Below are positions 25,623-38,100 of a stretch of 60,221 nt of DNA, piece after piece. The DNA is from Spirogloea muscicola (lineage: Eukaryota). Numbering within the stretch: position 1 is the first letter of the stretch; each line of letters starts with the position of its first letter. The DNA lies in contig WELB01000005.1 of the NCBI GenBank assembly GCA_009602725.1, positions 767,109 through 827,329 on the forward strand, in the 5' to 3' direction. The notes beneath the pieces are model-generated. The model saw only the letters and a program-made list of their open reading frames with translations. It was not told where the DNA came from and ran no database searches. Position numbers and translations under genes: made by a program.

Positions 25623-28600
25623 TTACTGATACCAGCCAAGTTCATCACAAATGTCATACAAGTAGACAGGTCTTAGATACTCTTCTAAGCTGCACGCGGT
25701 CCTTTGCCAAAGTTGTGCAGCCTTGGCACGATCACTCGCTGCCAGGTCATCGGTGCTAGTCCAGGGTGGAGTTCGCTTGTCAAAAATTAGAATTTTCCAA
25801 GGAAGAAAGTGCTTCATAAGACCCTCCTTGAACCACATGTCAACACCGTAAGACCAGTGAATACGATGAACAGACGAGCTCCTATACCAGTCAGAAAAGT
25901 AAGAGTTAAGAAAGTGCTCCACAGATTTGAAGGTGTCGTAGGAGCTGGCCAGCCGGTGAATCATGTCTTCAAGGGTGGCCATATGTGGCTGAATCACCAT
26001 CACCCTGGTCGAGAACCAGTCTGGAGGGAAGACGCTGGGAAGTGCAGCAAACGAGTCGTAGCTGGTGAGAGCATTGCAGTTGTCTGCGAACAACGCTGCT
26101 GCATCTACAAACACCACCTTATGGAACTCCGTCAGGTTCCAAACTTGCAGGATCATGTATTCGCTGCTCAGCTGTTCCCAATGTCCATCCCCCATGTCAA
26201 TGCTCAGCGGCTCCACAAGTCGCACATAGTCAAACAGCCGCCGAAAGGGCTGCCAAAGCTCAGGGCTCATCGATGAGGGCACCAGCAGCAAGGTTTTCCG
26301 CCATGAGCTGAAGGTGTGGTGCTGCTGGTAGGATGCTGCAAAGGACACCCACAAGCCAAGTAGCCTCTGTCAACCTTTGCAGTAGCTTTCCCCATCGGAC
26401 TCCATTCCTGATTTACAAGCACAAAATATAGCTCAACAAGCAGACCTGGCTAATACCTGCCCAGACCGCTGCAAGAAGCAGGTCATTTTCTGTGATTGAG
26501 GTGACAAAGACTTCGTGGTTGATGCTGTAGCTGCTTGGAAGAAGCCCAATAGGTATCACCCGCCTGTGGTCCGGAGGAAGTTCTGGAGTTGAGAGCTTGT
26601 ACTGGCTACGGTTGGGCACCCACACAAGTGGAGAGAACTTGTCTGAATCGAGCGGGTGCCACCTCTTTGCAGCGAGCTCGGCCGCGACATGGGACCACAG
26701 GTCGCACCACACACTCTCGCTGCTGTTGGTCCTCAAGCGCCATGGCTTGAACCATGGATTGGCAAAGTGAAGCACAGAAATGGGCCCCATGACCTCGTAT
26801 GCCCTGTTTGCGTCAAACCAAACGGGAGCATGGTAGTGCGATGGAAAGAGGATGACAGCGTTGTAGCGTGCTGCCAGACGATGCTCCTTGGGCATCTGGT
26901 ACCAGCCGGAGAAGTAGGCATTGAGGAACCCCTGATCGCCGCCGTTGTATGACGGCAGTTTGTCAATCAGCGACAGCATGTCGTCATAAGTGTGCCTGCA
27001 GGGCTGCACATGCAGATGGACATAAGGCCTGTCAGAAACTTCAGAGACAAGAGCCAGATAGCAGCAGCACGGTAGAGTGCACAGGTTATTGCGAAGTCTT
27101 CCTCATGCAGTCAAGGAAGCTGCACCTTCTGCCAATGCACTCACTTTGAGAACCATGACGCCGCTGTTGAACTTCCCAGACAGGTAGACATCAGGCACCG
27201 CCGCCGGCTCTGGATGCTCCAGCAGGTGGTCCAGGTTGGCCAGCACAAGTGTGTCCACGTCAATATACAGCACCTGACAGCCGCAACAAAGTGTTGGCTT
27301 GCTGACACTGCATAGGCTGCAAGAAGCGCAGGCGAGCCTTGCAAATGAGAGAGGCATGCAAGTGCACAGACAACTAATAATCAAACCTGCAACCTCGAGT
27401 GCAGACACACACAACAGGGAGCCTGAGGGGGCAAAAGTACGTATTGCTACTACATTGGATTTGCCAGGACAATTTGTGATGGAAGGTCACAGGCTCGAAA
27501 TTACAGGGTGCTGAGCTTTCTTCTTTGCAACCTTGTAGTATGAGAGTGGTAATCCCAGCAACTCACCTTGCTGTACTCTGTCAGCAGCCACGCATTCAGC
27601 TTGCTGAAGCCCTTGCGGTTGTAAGGGTTCTCAATGGAAGCCACCTGCGGCGATCGACAGATAGAAACCCCCCCGGCCCCCGCCACACAATCAACCCCCC
27701 AAAACCCCCCCCCCAAATCTGCTGTCCCCTCACTGTCAGATTGTATGGGGTTCAGAAGTGATGTCAGCAGGCGAGGATCTCACAGCCTGCAGACGCAGCA
27801 GCACCTTCTTGATAACATCACGAAAATCAAGATGACTTCCAGAAAGCAATGAGGAAGTGGGGGGGGGGAGAGCACGGCCTGCGGAGGCACCAGCCTGCAC
27901 CTTCTTGACAACATCAAAGTGCTCCGCAAGGACGGGGCTGTCCAAAGACAGCCCGCTGGCCTGATCCACCGCACTGCGGTTGGCGGCAGCGTCCACCATG
28001 AGCACGAGGTCGAGCAGGGTGCCCGAGGAGCGCAGGGACTGCGCCAGGACGAGCGCGGCGGGGATGAGGTCCGGGCCGGCCACAAGGGTGGCGTACGCCC
28101 GGCGCTCCTCGTGGCGGAGGACGTGCTGGTCCAGCGCGCGCTGCGCCGCCCGCCGCGACAGCGCCCGGCGGTCGCAGTCCACCAGGAGGCCGAACTTGTC
28201 GCACAGCACGTCCTCGGCGGTGTCGGCGGTGGCCTTGGTGTACGAGTAGCGGAGGTGCAGGGCCCCCCAGAGGCGGTGGAAGGCGGCGATGCACTGCCCG
28301 CGGTCGGCCTTGTGCTGCGCGCGGGCGCTGAGCCCGACCGCCGCGAGGTCCGCCTCGGAGTTGCGGGTGTCGCCCCAGTCGCGCGCCGTGCCGGCGACCA
28401 GCAGCGGGCCGAGGCCACTGGCCTGCGTGGCCACGAAGTTCATGGCGATGTCCTCGCAGTTGAGGCCGGCGTCGACGTGCTCCTTGACGCCGGGCGGCGC
28501 GAGGCAGGTGTAGCGGAAGAGGTGCTCCGTGGCCACCACCATCAGCTTGGTGAGCATGATGGAGTAGCGGTCCGACAGCTTGGTGTACGCCCACCCGCCG

Positions 28601-28845
28601 GCCGCCGGCGAGTAGGCGTGCGCGCGCGGGAAGAAGCCGGCGATGCGCCCGGGGTTGTCGCGCCACGCCGCCAGCGCCAGCGCCAGACTCTCCGCTGGCA
28701 CCGTCACGTCGTCGTCGCAGATGGCCACGGCCGCCGTCCGCACGAACTCGCGCGGCAAAAAGCGGTCGTTGAGGCTGGTCGTCCGCTGGCGCACGACGCG
28801 GACGGGCGCGGGCGCGGGCGCGGGCGCGGCGGGGGCGCCGCGGGC
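25623..28845 (-). CDS. Multi-domain glycosyltransferase: GT64 (EXTL2/EPC1-like) + glycogenin-like GT8 + second degenerate GT8; 5' end lost at the N at 28846
   Basis: Exons 28845-27901, 27644-27567, 27273-27145, 27003-~26457, ~26360-25623 with GT-AG sites. GT64 motifs 'SLNDRF', 'ICDDDV', 'YSIMLTK', 'NCEDIAMNF'; GT8 motifs 'AYATL', 'SKLNAWLLTEYSKVLYIDVD', 'FNSGVMV', 'SYNGGDQGFLN', 'LHFANPWFKPW'. Confidence 0.88.
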
Positions 28846-28846
28846 N

Positions 28847-29015
28847 TTTTTTTTTTTTTTTTTTTTTTTTTTTTTTCGGCGCCGGGGCGGGCCATGCCAC
28901 CCGCCCGCCCGGCTCTCCGTCTCGGGTACACACAAGCCCCCCCGTCGGCGCCGGGGCGGGCCATGCCACCCGCCCGCCCGGCTCTCCGTCTCGGGTTCAC
29001 ACAAGCCCCCCCCCG
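28847..29015 (-). repeat. Two tandem ~69-bp GC-rich units followed (on minus) by a 30-nt poly(A)
   Basis: T30 at 28847-28876; units 28876-28944 and 28945-29015 are near-identical. Confidence 0.85.
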
Positions 29016-29034
29016 TCCAACGTCAAGACGAACA

Positions 29035-29280
29035 CAGTGGCTGCGCCAAAGTGGCTTTCCCAAGGGTGGCGAGGGCTGTGAGACGAAACTGGCTCGCCTA
29101 CAAGGTGGGCTTTGGCTGTTCACAGGAGAAGTGGCTCTCCCAATGGGGGCAAGGGCTGTGAGAAGCCAGCCCGAAAAGAATCGACAAGGTTCGAAGGGGC
29201 CAAACTACCAAGGGGCCAGAGGCGCTAGCTCTGAACTAGAAGAAGAAGTGGCTCTCCCAATGGGGGCAAGGGCTGTGAGA
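29035..29280 (-). mobile_element. Three stacked short 3' termini of CRE-like elements
   Basis: AAGTGGCTCTCCCAATGGGGGCAAGGGCTGTGAGA-type terminus at ~29048, 29129 and 29246; the same terminus occurs at 44871 and 47703. Confidence 0.8.
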
Positions 29281-29457
29281 AAAACTACGGAAAGGATGAA
29301 TCACTCACTGTTAACAGTCGGCCCGAAAAGAAGAGAAACCCCCCGAAAACCCTGCGACAGGACCAGCCCAGAGGCGTGGCCGTTGCCGTGGCCGTGGCCC
29401 CCGTCCGGAAACGCGACCCTATTGCTACGAGTGGTTCTTGGCGCGCGCCGATCCGTC

Positions 29458-31314
29458 ATGGCCATGGCGGCGCCGCCCACGTCGCCGCCCCTTGTGGGGC
29501 GCCCCCTTCGCCGCCTCGCCCTCGTCCGCTGCTGCGCCTCCCCCCACACCCCCCCGGCCGTCTCCACCACGCTGGCCGCGCTCAAGCGCGCCGGCCGCGT
29601 GGCCGTCATCCCCTTCATCATGGCCGGCGACCCGGCGCTGCCCACCACCGCGGCCGCCCTGCGCGCCCTCGACGCCGCCGGCGCTGACGCCATCGAGCTC
29701 GGCGTCCCCTACTCCGACCCCCTCGCCGACGGCCCCGTCATCCAGGCAGCTGCCACCAGGGCTCTCGCCGCCAACACCAGCCTGGCCGCCGTGCTCGACA
29801 TGGTCGCCGAGGTGGGCCCCCATGTTGCGCACAGGCTCCTCCACTTCACCTGCGCCTCTGCCGCCGCCCAACCCTACAGGCCCCTGACGGCCGCGCCACA
29901 CTGCCGAGCAAGCTTACACCTGCCTCCTGAGCCGCTTCGCTCATCATCGCTGCTGCTCTTGCGTGGGTGGCTCGGCTTCCATAAGCCCGCAGCTGTCTCC
30001 CAGCTTGTCGGCGCCGCTCATCCTGTTTACGTACTACAACCCCATCATGAAGAAGGGTCCTGAGGCATTCATGCGGGCCCTCAGAGATGCTGGCGTTTCT
30101 GGTAGATAACTCCTCCACCTCAAAGCTCGCAGCCGCCTCAAGAGATGCAGGACGTATATCAAAGAGCAGCATGCTTAGGCTCGTTGACCACCCTGCCTCG
30201 GCAGACCTGCTTGAGACTGCATTGGGTCCGCCGTTGCGAAGAGCAGGGCTGGTGGTTCCAGACATCCCCTTGGAGGAGACCCATCCGCTGCGCAAACTTG
30301 CATCTGCTCATGGCCTTGAGCTGGTATGCACCGTGCCCTTGCTACAGGCTGGGTTTGTACTATTCATTCGTCCATCCTGCTTTAAGATACACAGGCTTAC
30401 AATTATCTAAGTCATGCCAGGTTGATCTCTCTGACATCCACCTTGCGGACAGGTTCTGTTGACAACCCCAACAACTCCAACTGACCGCATGGCACAGATT
30501 GCAGAGGCCACTCAGGGATTTCTGTACCTAGTAAGACCCCACTCCCTGTGTGGCCCGCTTCGTGTCTACTTGGTTGCGTATGCATCCTGTCCATCCTTCC
30601 AAATGACGACCTCCGGCTTGCACAGGCCCTTGGTTGTCCTAAAGCTTCGAATGAACAGCCGTAAAGACATGGTCGTGCTGCAATAGTCTACGTGGCCAGT
30701 GGCACTTGGCAAGCAAGGAGCACAATCTGTAGCTGCTAATTCAGGTTTTCGCAGCTGAAGCTATTTGATGACCTTGGCCTTGCAGGTCAGCTTGACAGGC
30801 GTCACTGGAACTCGAAAATCTGTCGAATCGCGTGTTGAACAGCTGCTGAAAGACATCAAAGAAGTAGGTACTAGAACTCTTAAGTAGTACTGCAAAAGAC
30901 TTCTCAAGATGCAGACGTGCTCCATCTTGTATTGGCAGCTTGTCGCACCAGATGAGATTGTGATCAATTCGGCTTCTGCTTGAGCTTGTACATGCAGAAG
31001 ACAGACAAGCCAGTAGCTGTGGGCTTCGGCATATCTACAGCAGAACACGCAGCCCAAGTGAGAAGAACTGGACTATGCTTTGCCTTCATAGGGGAAGGCA
31101 TGTTACACTTGTCAGGAAGCACCTACATTGCTAAGTTTTATCTTTTACTTTGTGTCAGGTGGCAATGTGGGGCGCAGACGGGGTTATTGTGGGCAGCAAG
31201 ATGGTGCAATTGCTGCATAGTGCAGAGACACCTGAAGCAGGGGTCGATGCTATTGCAGCTCTCACTCATGAGCTGAAGCAAGCAGTGTCAAAACATCGTT
31301 CTGTCAATAATTGA
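29458..31314 (+). CDS. TSA1: Tryptophan synthase alpha chain, plastid-targeted; exons 29458-29811, 29993-30101, 30247-30323, 30453-30530, ~30787-30863, 30998-31057, 31159-31314
   Basis: 'IPFIMAGDP', '[20 protein letters not shown]', 'LFTYYNPI', '[10 protein letters not shown]', '[13 protein letters not shown]', 'PVAVGFGIS', '[10 protein letters not shown]'; Ala/Pro/Arg-rich transit-like N-terminus. Confidence 0.96.
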
Positions 31315-32147
31315 TATGCTAATTGTTTCAATGAGTGAGGACTTCATGCTGGGCCGACACCATTGGTCCTCAAGGTAGGCCTGTTGACTGTGATGTATGC
31401 TCATCATTCATGCATTGAAAATCGGAGAGGAAGGACTAGTCACTTGGTTATTAGTGGGGCTACATGAACTGAAGCCCTCTGCAACGGGGGCCTTAGGTAT
31501 CAGTGTGAACGCGGCTGACAAAGGGACGTTATTCACGAGTAAGCACAAACGAAACCGACAGGCCAACTTGGGGAGCCGGAGCAACGCCACGGAAGCCAGT
31601 GGCTGACATGGTGCTGCGCCCCAGCACGCCAGATGAATAGGCCAGAGCTTGGGAGAGCGAGACGAAGGAAGGAGGACGCCCTTCGGACGAGCCCACTTCC
31701 ACCAACGTAATAGGTCCTGAAGGGGCCCAGGGGCAAGGGCGGCGGGGGCCAGGCGGGCACCCCAGCCCGGGCCCCCGCCACCCTGGGCCCCCCGGCCGAC
31801 CCCGCCGCTTCCTTGGCCCAATCTAGGAGGCCAGTTGCCGGTTAGGTGGTATACCCTCGCTGGCCCAGCCATGGCCTCGCTGCCGCCCCCTTCGCCACTG
31901 CCGCCACCGCCGCCGCCGCCGTCGCTATCGCCACCCCGCTCTCGCCGCCTGCGCTGACACGACTTGCCGTGGCGCCGGATATCGATGTCTGGCCGTGCCG
32001 GCGCGGGCCGTGCGCGTCCGCCTCGCTGCCGGCTCGCCACTTCTTCCGCTGGCCGCCTGCAGACGCCTTTGTGACCCAGCTTAGAGGCACTAATCGCGTC
32101 TACCGGGCTGCCTGGCACTGGTCTGCTTATAACTTCGAACGGCAGAT

Positions 32148-35100
32148 ATGGGAAGACTCTTTCTCGATGACATTAGCCTAGGTGCGGTCTGCACAGGCTT
32201 CGCCTGCCTGCTGCTCGTCCTCACTGCACTCTCCACGAGCATCCTCCTCGCCATTGACTGGCGCCTCTGGCGCATCTACAGGTACGCTAACCCGACGCGT
32301 CTGGCCTAGCGCATCCAACTAATTGCTACGTCCTGTGAGCATGGATAGTCAAGCTAGCGCAGTTTTAGCTATCTGATGGCCTCGAGCCGCTTGCTAGCAA
32401 AGCGGGCGAGTACGCTGAGCGCAGCTTGTGAGCCTCTCCGCGCGGGCATGGCGCCACAAGGGCCTGCTTCCCCCTCGTTAGCCACAGTCTAATCCTAGCA
32501 ACTTAGTGGCTAGTGCTAGCAGCTGGTCAGAGCTTCTCACATCGACAACGGAAGTTGCAGGGAAACTATGAATCACTTGTTTTCAGTTTCGGGCTGCGCC
32601 ACTATTAGGTAGCTTCCACAGTCTTTAGGCATTTGCAGCACTGAGGGCAAGGTTGAGAGCGGCCTCAATGTGGCTTGTGCAGCTGGATCTACGCCCGGGA
32701 GTGGCCACAGTTTCTACGGGGTCCGCAGCTCGCTCTCATTGCGGGGCTGGTCACCTGCCTGTCCTGGCTGCTTGTGCTCTCGCCGGTAGCACTTTTGCAA
32801 CTCTGGGGCCTTGAGCTCATCCGCCGGCTGCCACGCCATGCCGTCGGCCTCGCTGTCTTGCTTGTTGGCCCTGCCGTGCTCCTGGCCTACTCTGGACTCA
32901 TGCTTGCACGGCGCCAGTGGCAGAGCTTGCGTGAGTACACCACTCTGCCTTTCAAACAAGTGCATGCTAGTGAATGCATGGTAGATAGGCATCAGCTCTC
33001 GACCGCTGTGCAAAAGTGTTGCAATGGCTCGTGCAAGGTCTTCTCATAACAGTCACCATCTAAGCTATGGATTGATGTCGTCGGTACCTCTTATTTGCAG
33101 GTGCGGTAGTAGTGCAGCTGCTTGCTGCAGGAATCCTGCTCTGCAGCTATCAGGTGGCAGCTATCTATGAAGCATCAAAGAGCTCAGCTTCTTATCGCCT
33201 TTCTGTTGGCGGCTTCTTCTTCGGATTGTCTGTTACTGCCATGAGCGTCAACATGTGCTTCATCTGCCAAATGGCATATTCAGGTAAGCAGGCCAGCATA
33301 CCCCCCGTCTTACTGCTACCAGCTTGTTGCTCAAAGACAAACTGCAAATGTCTTCAGCAGCAATTAAGCATTTCCTTCTGATGGCTTGAAAGGCTCGTCC
33401 TGTGAATTCTGAAAGCTGGTTAGGCACTGTGCAACCTTGCAAAGTGCCTCTGCCTCCGTGTCCTTACATATCAAAGAGGTTTGTCTCCTTGCGCATGACA
33501 GGGCCTGGCTTGGACGTCGACGAATATGTTCGGCAGGCCTACTCGTTTGCAAGGACAGAGATGGTGGAGATGGGCCACTTTGATCACATTCAAAAGCCGC
33601 TGGAGCACAGTCAAACCCGCTCAAAAGCGAGGTGAGGCACAGAACACTATCCATTGCAAGCCAGCACCGAGTTATGAAAGCAGTATTAGCCAGCTTCTCA
33701 CGCGTTTGTGCAGTTGCCAAGGTAGCTTAACATTATCTTTATTTCCTCTTGAGGCTAAGTACTGAGGGTTGGTTGCAGGCGTATGAGCGCTTCCATTTCG
33801 TACATTTTGTCTGTGCTGGTCCTCACAGCTTACTCCATTGCATATGGCATCACGGCAAGACAAGCACCCTGGCTCGGCGCACTTACAGCTTGTGCCGTGC
33901 TTGTCCTGGGTGAGGACAAGCTGCGGCGCATTTAGGACCTCGTCCACATGTGAATGTAGTTATTATCATGAGAGGATGTTGGGATGTCGGCCGGTGATAA
34001 TGGCATCCTTGCATGACCTGAAAATACTGTTTGCCAACTTTTGGGTTTGATAACTTGATCTGACCCCCAGAGAGCCACTGGTCTTTCCAACTTGATGCAG
34101 CTACACATTTAATTTCAGATGTTGCTGAACCTCTCTCTTGTACTGCTGTAGATGTCTGAGTGGCTGTTGTATGCATGAAGCTGCTGTTACAGAGTGGCTC
34201 ATATATACATGAAGCTGCTGTGAAGCAGATTGGCAGATGGTTGCCTGCGTTCTTGGATTCAACATACTTCAAAGCCGTGGATATGCGCTCGTCATTGCTG
34301 GAGCTTACCGTTTCTTCCTCATTGCATTTGGGACACAGCTCTGGTAGGGCACATGCAGTGGACCTTTACTCCTATTACCCGAGCATCTGGAACCTGTATA
34401 TCAACCCATTGATAGGGCCACTTAGGTCAATGTACACCTACAGTAAACCTTTCTGCAGCATTTGGCACAAGTGGTAGCATTTCGAACCAGACTGTCAAAG
34501 TGCTGAGGTCCATGTCGTCTGCAGGTACCTTGGGCACTGCCTTGCCTACGCCGCTGTGGCAGGCGTGCTCCTGTTTGCAGCATTTGCTCGAACATATCCA
34601 GTAGTCAGCCGCTTGGATGCGAGAAGAGCTGCCTTGACTGATACAATTAAGCAACTGCGTCTTGTTTATTCAAGGCGCAGTGTCTCTAGTGGTAGAGGGC
34701 TTCAGAATCTCTCAGAGAAAGGAATTGGTGAGAGACAATATTCGGATCTGATTGATCTGGACTCAAGGTGCAGTGAAGCAGACAGCCTAGCTTCTTCTGG
34801 TCTTCATCCGTCCTGCGGTGAAAGTGAGGAGTCTGCAGGAGATCCAGTTGATGCCAGCAGGAAGTCTCTAGAGACTGTGTTTTCTGGAGTGGACATCAAC
34901 ATCAAGTTCATGTTGGAGCAGAAGGGCTGGGATGCTAGTCGCATTGAGGCTGCAATTCATGGCAACCATGGGCGTATGGGTGCTCAAATCGAAGAAAATG
35001 TTGCTGGAAAGCCTGCGCTGTGCCTGCACTGGGCCGTACAGACATTTCTGGGCTTTCCAGAGAGGATGTATTCCGTTCTTACTTTGGCCTTCATTGTTGA

Positions 35101-38100
35101 AACTGTCCTTACACAGTTGCTGGTCAATCAACACATCCACCTTGGCAATGCAAGCCGCCCCCTGGTAAGATATGCTCGGGCGGTCTGTCTTGTTCTCATG
35201 TCTAGTCATGATACTTGCTTCTGAAGAGGTCAGGAATGTGCCGCAGTCAAGGTGGTCAGCTCATACTTCAATTGTAGCAAGCATTTCAAAGTTGCACATT
35301 TGGAGCTTGACGATGTCAATCTCTCGGTCCGAGTAGGGACGCTGCAGTTTGTGAAAGATAGACTGCTTGCATGCCACACCGCTATTGAGCAATACCTCAG
35401 AATTGGCATGCGTCTTCACTTTGGCGGGTTGGTATGCAAGTTTTCATCCTTGGTATGATAGCAGGGCAATACAACTGACTGTCAAAATGTGGCATCGTGC
35501 TTTGCCAGTATATCTATGGCTGCACGGCACTGCTGCTCGCAGTCACAATTTGCTCTGCAGCAGTCTATATCCGCTTCCTCTGGGCAGAGGAAGGTGTCAG
35601 TCTCAGTGGACGCTCCATACGAGTGAGTAGCTTATGCAGCAGCTAGCAGAGTGCCTTGAATGTTGACGGACACATGTTTCTGTTGTCTAGCTTGTTCCTT
35701 CAGATATTGATGAGCATATGCTTTTGCAGGCTGGTGCTATCTGCTGGTTACTATTCACCTGCACTGGCCTCCTTGTCACGTTTTTAAGGTACTCATTCCC
35801 TCCATCGCTTCCCAAAGGTCATGTCTTGGCAATGTAATAATTGCATTGAATTGCAAATGTCTTTGAAGTTGCAGAAGGCAAAAGCATATCTGTTTATACG
35901 CAACTTATGCCAGTGAATGCAACAATAACCCCTGTCCTGCTTGTGAGCTGTACAGCAAGTCCTCGATTTTACTAGCTCTGGCTGTTACGCTGCCCTTCAT
36001 CTTGGCAGCTCTGTCTTTGGGCATGCCACTATGGGTCCACAATGGCTACGGCTTCTTCCACTCAGCTGCAATTGACCCATTTATACCGCTTCACTCTTAT
36101 ACTTTAATCCAGGGCACAAGCCGATCCAGACGGGTGTGTAAACCCTCTCCCTGCAAGCATGCTTTACTCAGTGCTCGTGCACTACATGCTCCACCTAGGA
36201 TTATATCGTCTTACTCACACTGCAATCTTGGATGCAGGATATGGCAATGTTGCTCATAATCGTCATCTGCAGCGGATCAGTTGCTGCCCTTGGCTTCCTG
36301 ATTGACCTGGCACCACTTGGAGATTTGCCTTACAGTGCAATGAGCAGTTCGCCCTATTCATCTCCCAGCTATATAGGGTGGACAATAGCTACCTTCACTG
36401 CATTGCTGATCACTTCAACACTTCCTGCTATAGCATGGTTCTCGACTTATCGAATCTCACCTTCGTCCATTGCGAGCATACTCACATTCATTGGTATGTC
36501 CCAAGTATAACACACGGGCTATGTAGAACTCGAGTGACTTGGTACTTGGCCTAGGATAGTGCTCCTGTTTGCTGGATCAGCAGATATGTCTTAGTGACCT
36601 ATGCCTGTATGCAAAGGAGTCTTGATAGGAGACTGACCAGGGCTTCAATGTCTTGCACAGTTGTGCTATTTGCATACTGCGGCAGCACATTAAAACATGG
36701 GGTGGATGTAAGACATGATGGCATTCCAACTCGGGCTGACTACCTTGCAACATTATTGCCCCTCTTTTGTGCTCCGGCATTGGTCCTTCTGATTGTAGGC
36801 CTCTACAAGTGGTGAGTTATTCAGATTCCATTGACCTTTGCAGCTCGATGTCTCACACGATTGAGGTCTGAGCTTGCTTAGCACTGGCTGTGACAGGAGA
36901 GATGACAATTGGAAGTGGGAGCGAGGAACATGTTTGCTAGTTGGAGGAAGCTTGTTGCTGCTTTTGGGGGCCACCACTTGTGTCCTTGTGGCTGTCCACC
37001 CGCACGTGGTAGCTGCTCCGCATCAACGCATACAAGCTCAGCAATATTGTGATGCTGTCACGTAGAGACTGCCAAAGCTTTCCAGGAAGCGCAGAGCCCA
37101 TGCCGCCCATCCTGCACATGGTTGCAAATAGCAGGTGTCATTGAGCTTACTCTTCCCGTACTCTAACCAATGTGCAGGTGGGGGGATCCATCTTGTTGGG
37201 ATTGATTACAGCTTTGCTAGTACTAGTGGTGATTCAGCGAGGAGCCAGAGGCGGGAGACTCCACTTCATTCCTGCAACTGAGTCTGTCCTCCTTGTCCTC
37301 TTAGCCTTCCTCCTCGCAACAGCAGCAGTCTTCATTGGCGTCTTCACAGGTGTGCACAGACTGTGTGTTCGCTGAAGCATGCTGGATTCTGTTCTGCCTG
37401 AGCCTTCCAGACTTGCCTCTTCAAGCTTCTTGCCGGCTCCATTCAGGTCATTGGTTCGCCGGTGCTAGCGCCAGCTTCTTCACAATGTTAATCCTTGTCA
37501 CCACACCGTCACTTCAGGTGAGCGTGTTGCTTGACGCAGTCACACTCGTTTTGCCTATTAGCAGACGTGTATACTCACTGATTTGATGGAAGTTGTGAAT
37601 GCCCTTGGCAAGCGCTTGAAGCTGACGTCTTGTGGCCATCATTTTACAGGTCATCTTGGCAAGCAGTGTCATTGTCTATCCACCAACCCTACTTCCAGCA
37701 TTTGTCTACAATCAAACAGCAGACGCTGCAACAAATTGCAGGTAGCTGGTCTAAGCATGTTACTAGAAAGCAAGTCAAGCCATGGGTTAACAGGTCATGC
37801 ATTGTGTACCCTAGGGATGTTACCTGCAGCGAAGCAGATCTCTAATGTGGTGAACATTTGTCTATGCCTTTGTAATTGTGCAGCTGGCCTCTCGTGGTCC
37901 TCTTCTGTGCCGCTGTTGCACTTGTGGTGTGGGGTGTGGCAGCCAGCTTGCTGATATTGCCAGTATATGTTGGGGTAGCTGTGACTGCCATTGTCCCTGT
38001 GGCCGTATTTGGTTTCGCACTCTCTCGCCCTTATCATTCCACATCTGTGAGTGCCAAAAGCCCACCGGTTTCTTTGATCTGCTAGCCTTGCTCATCTGTC

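Noticed and set aside
27919..30063. 714-aa plus-strand ORF
   Set aside because: Antisense of the GC-rich GT exon read through an N, poly-T and TE pieces; only 29458-29811 is real (TSA exon 1).
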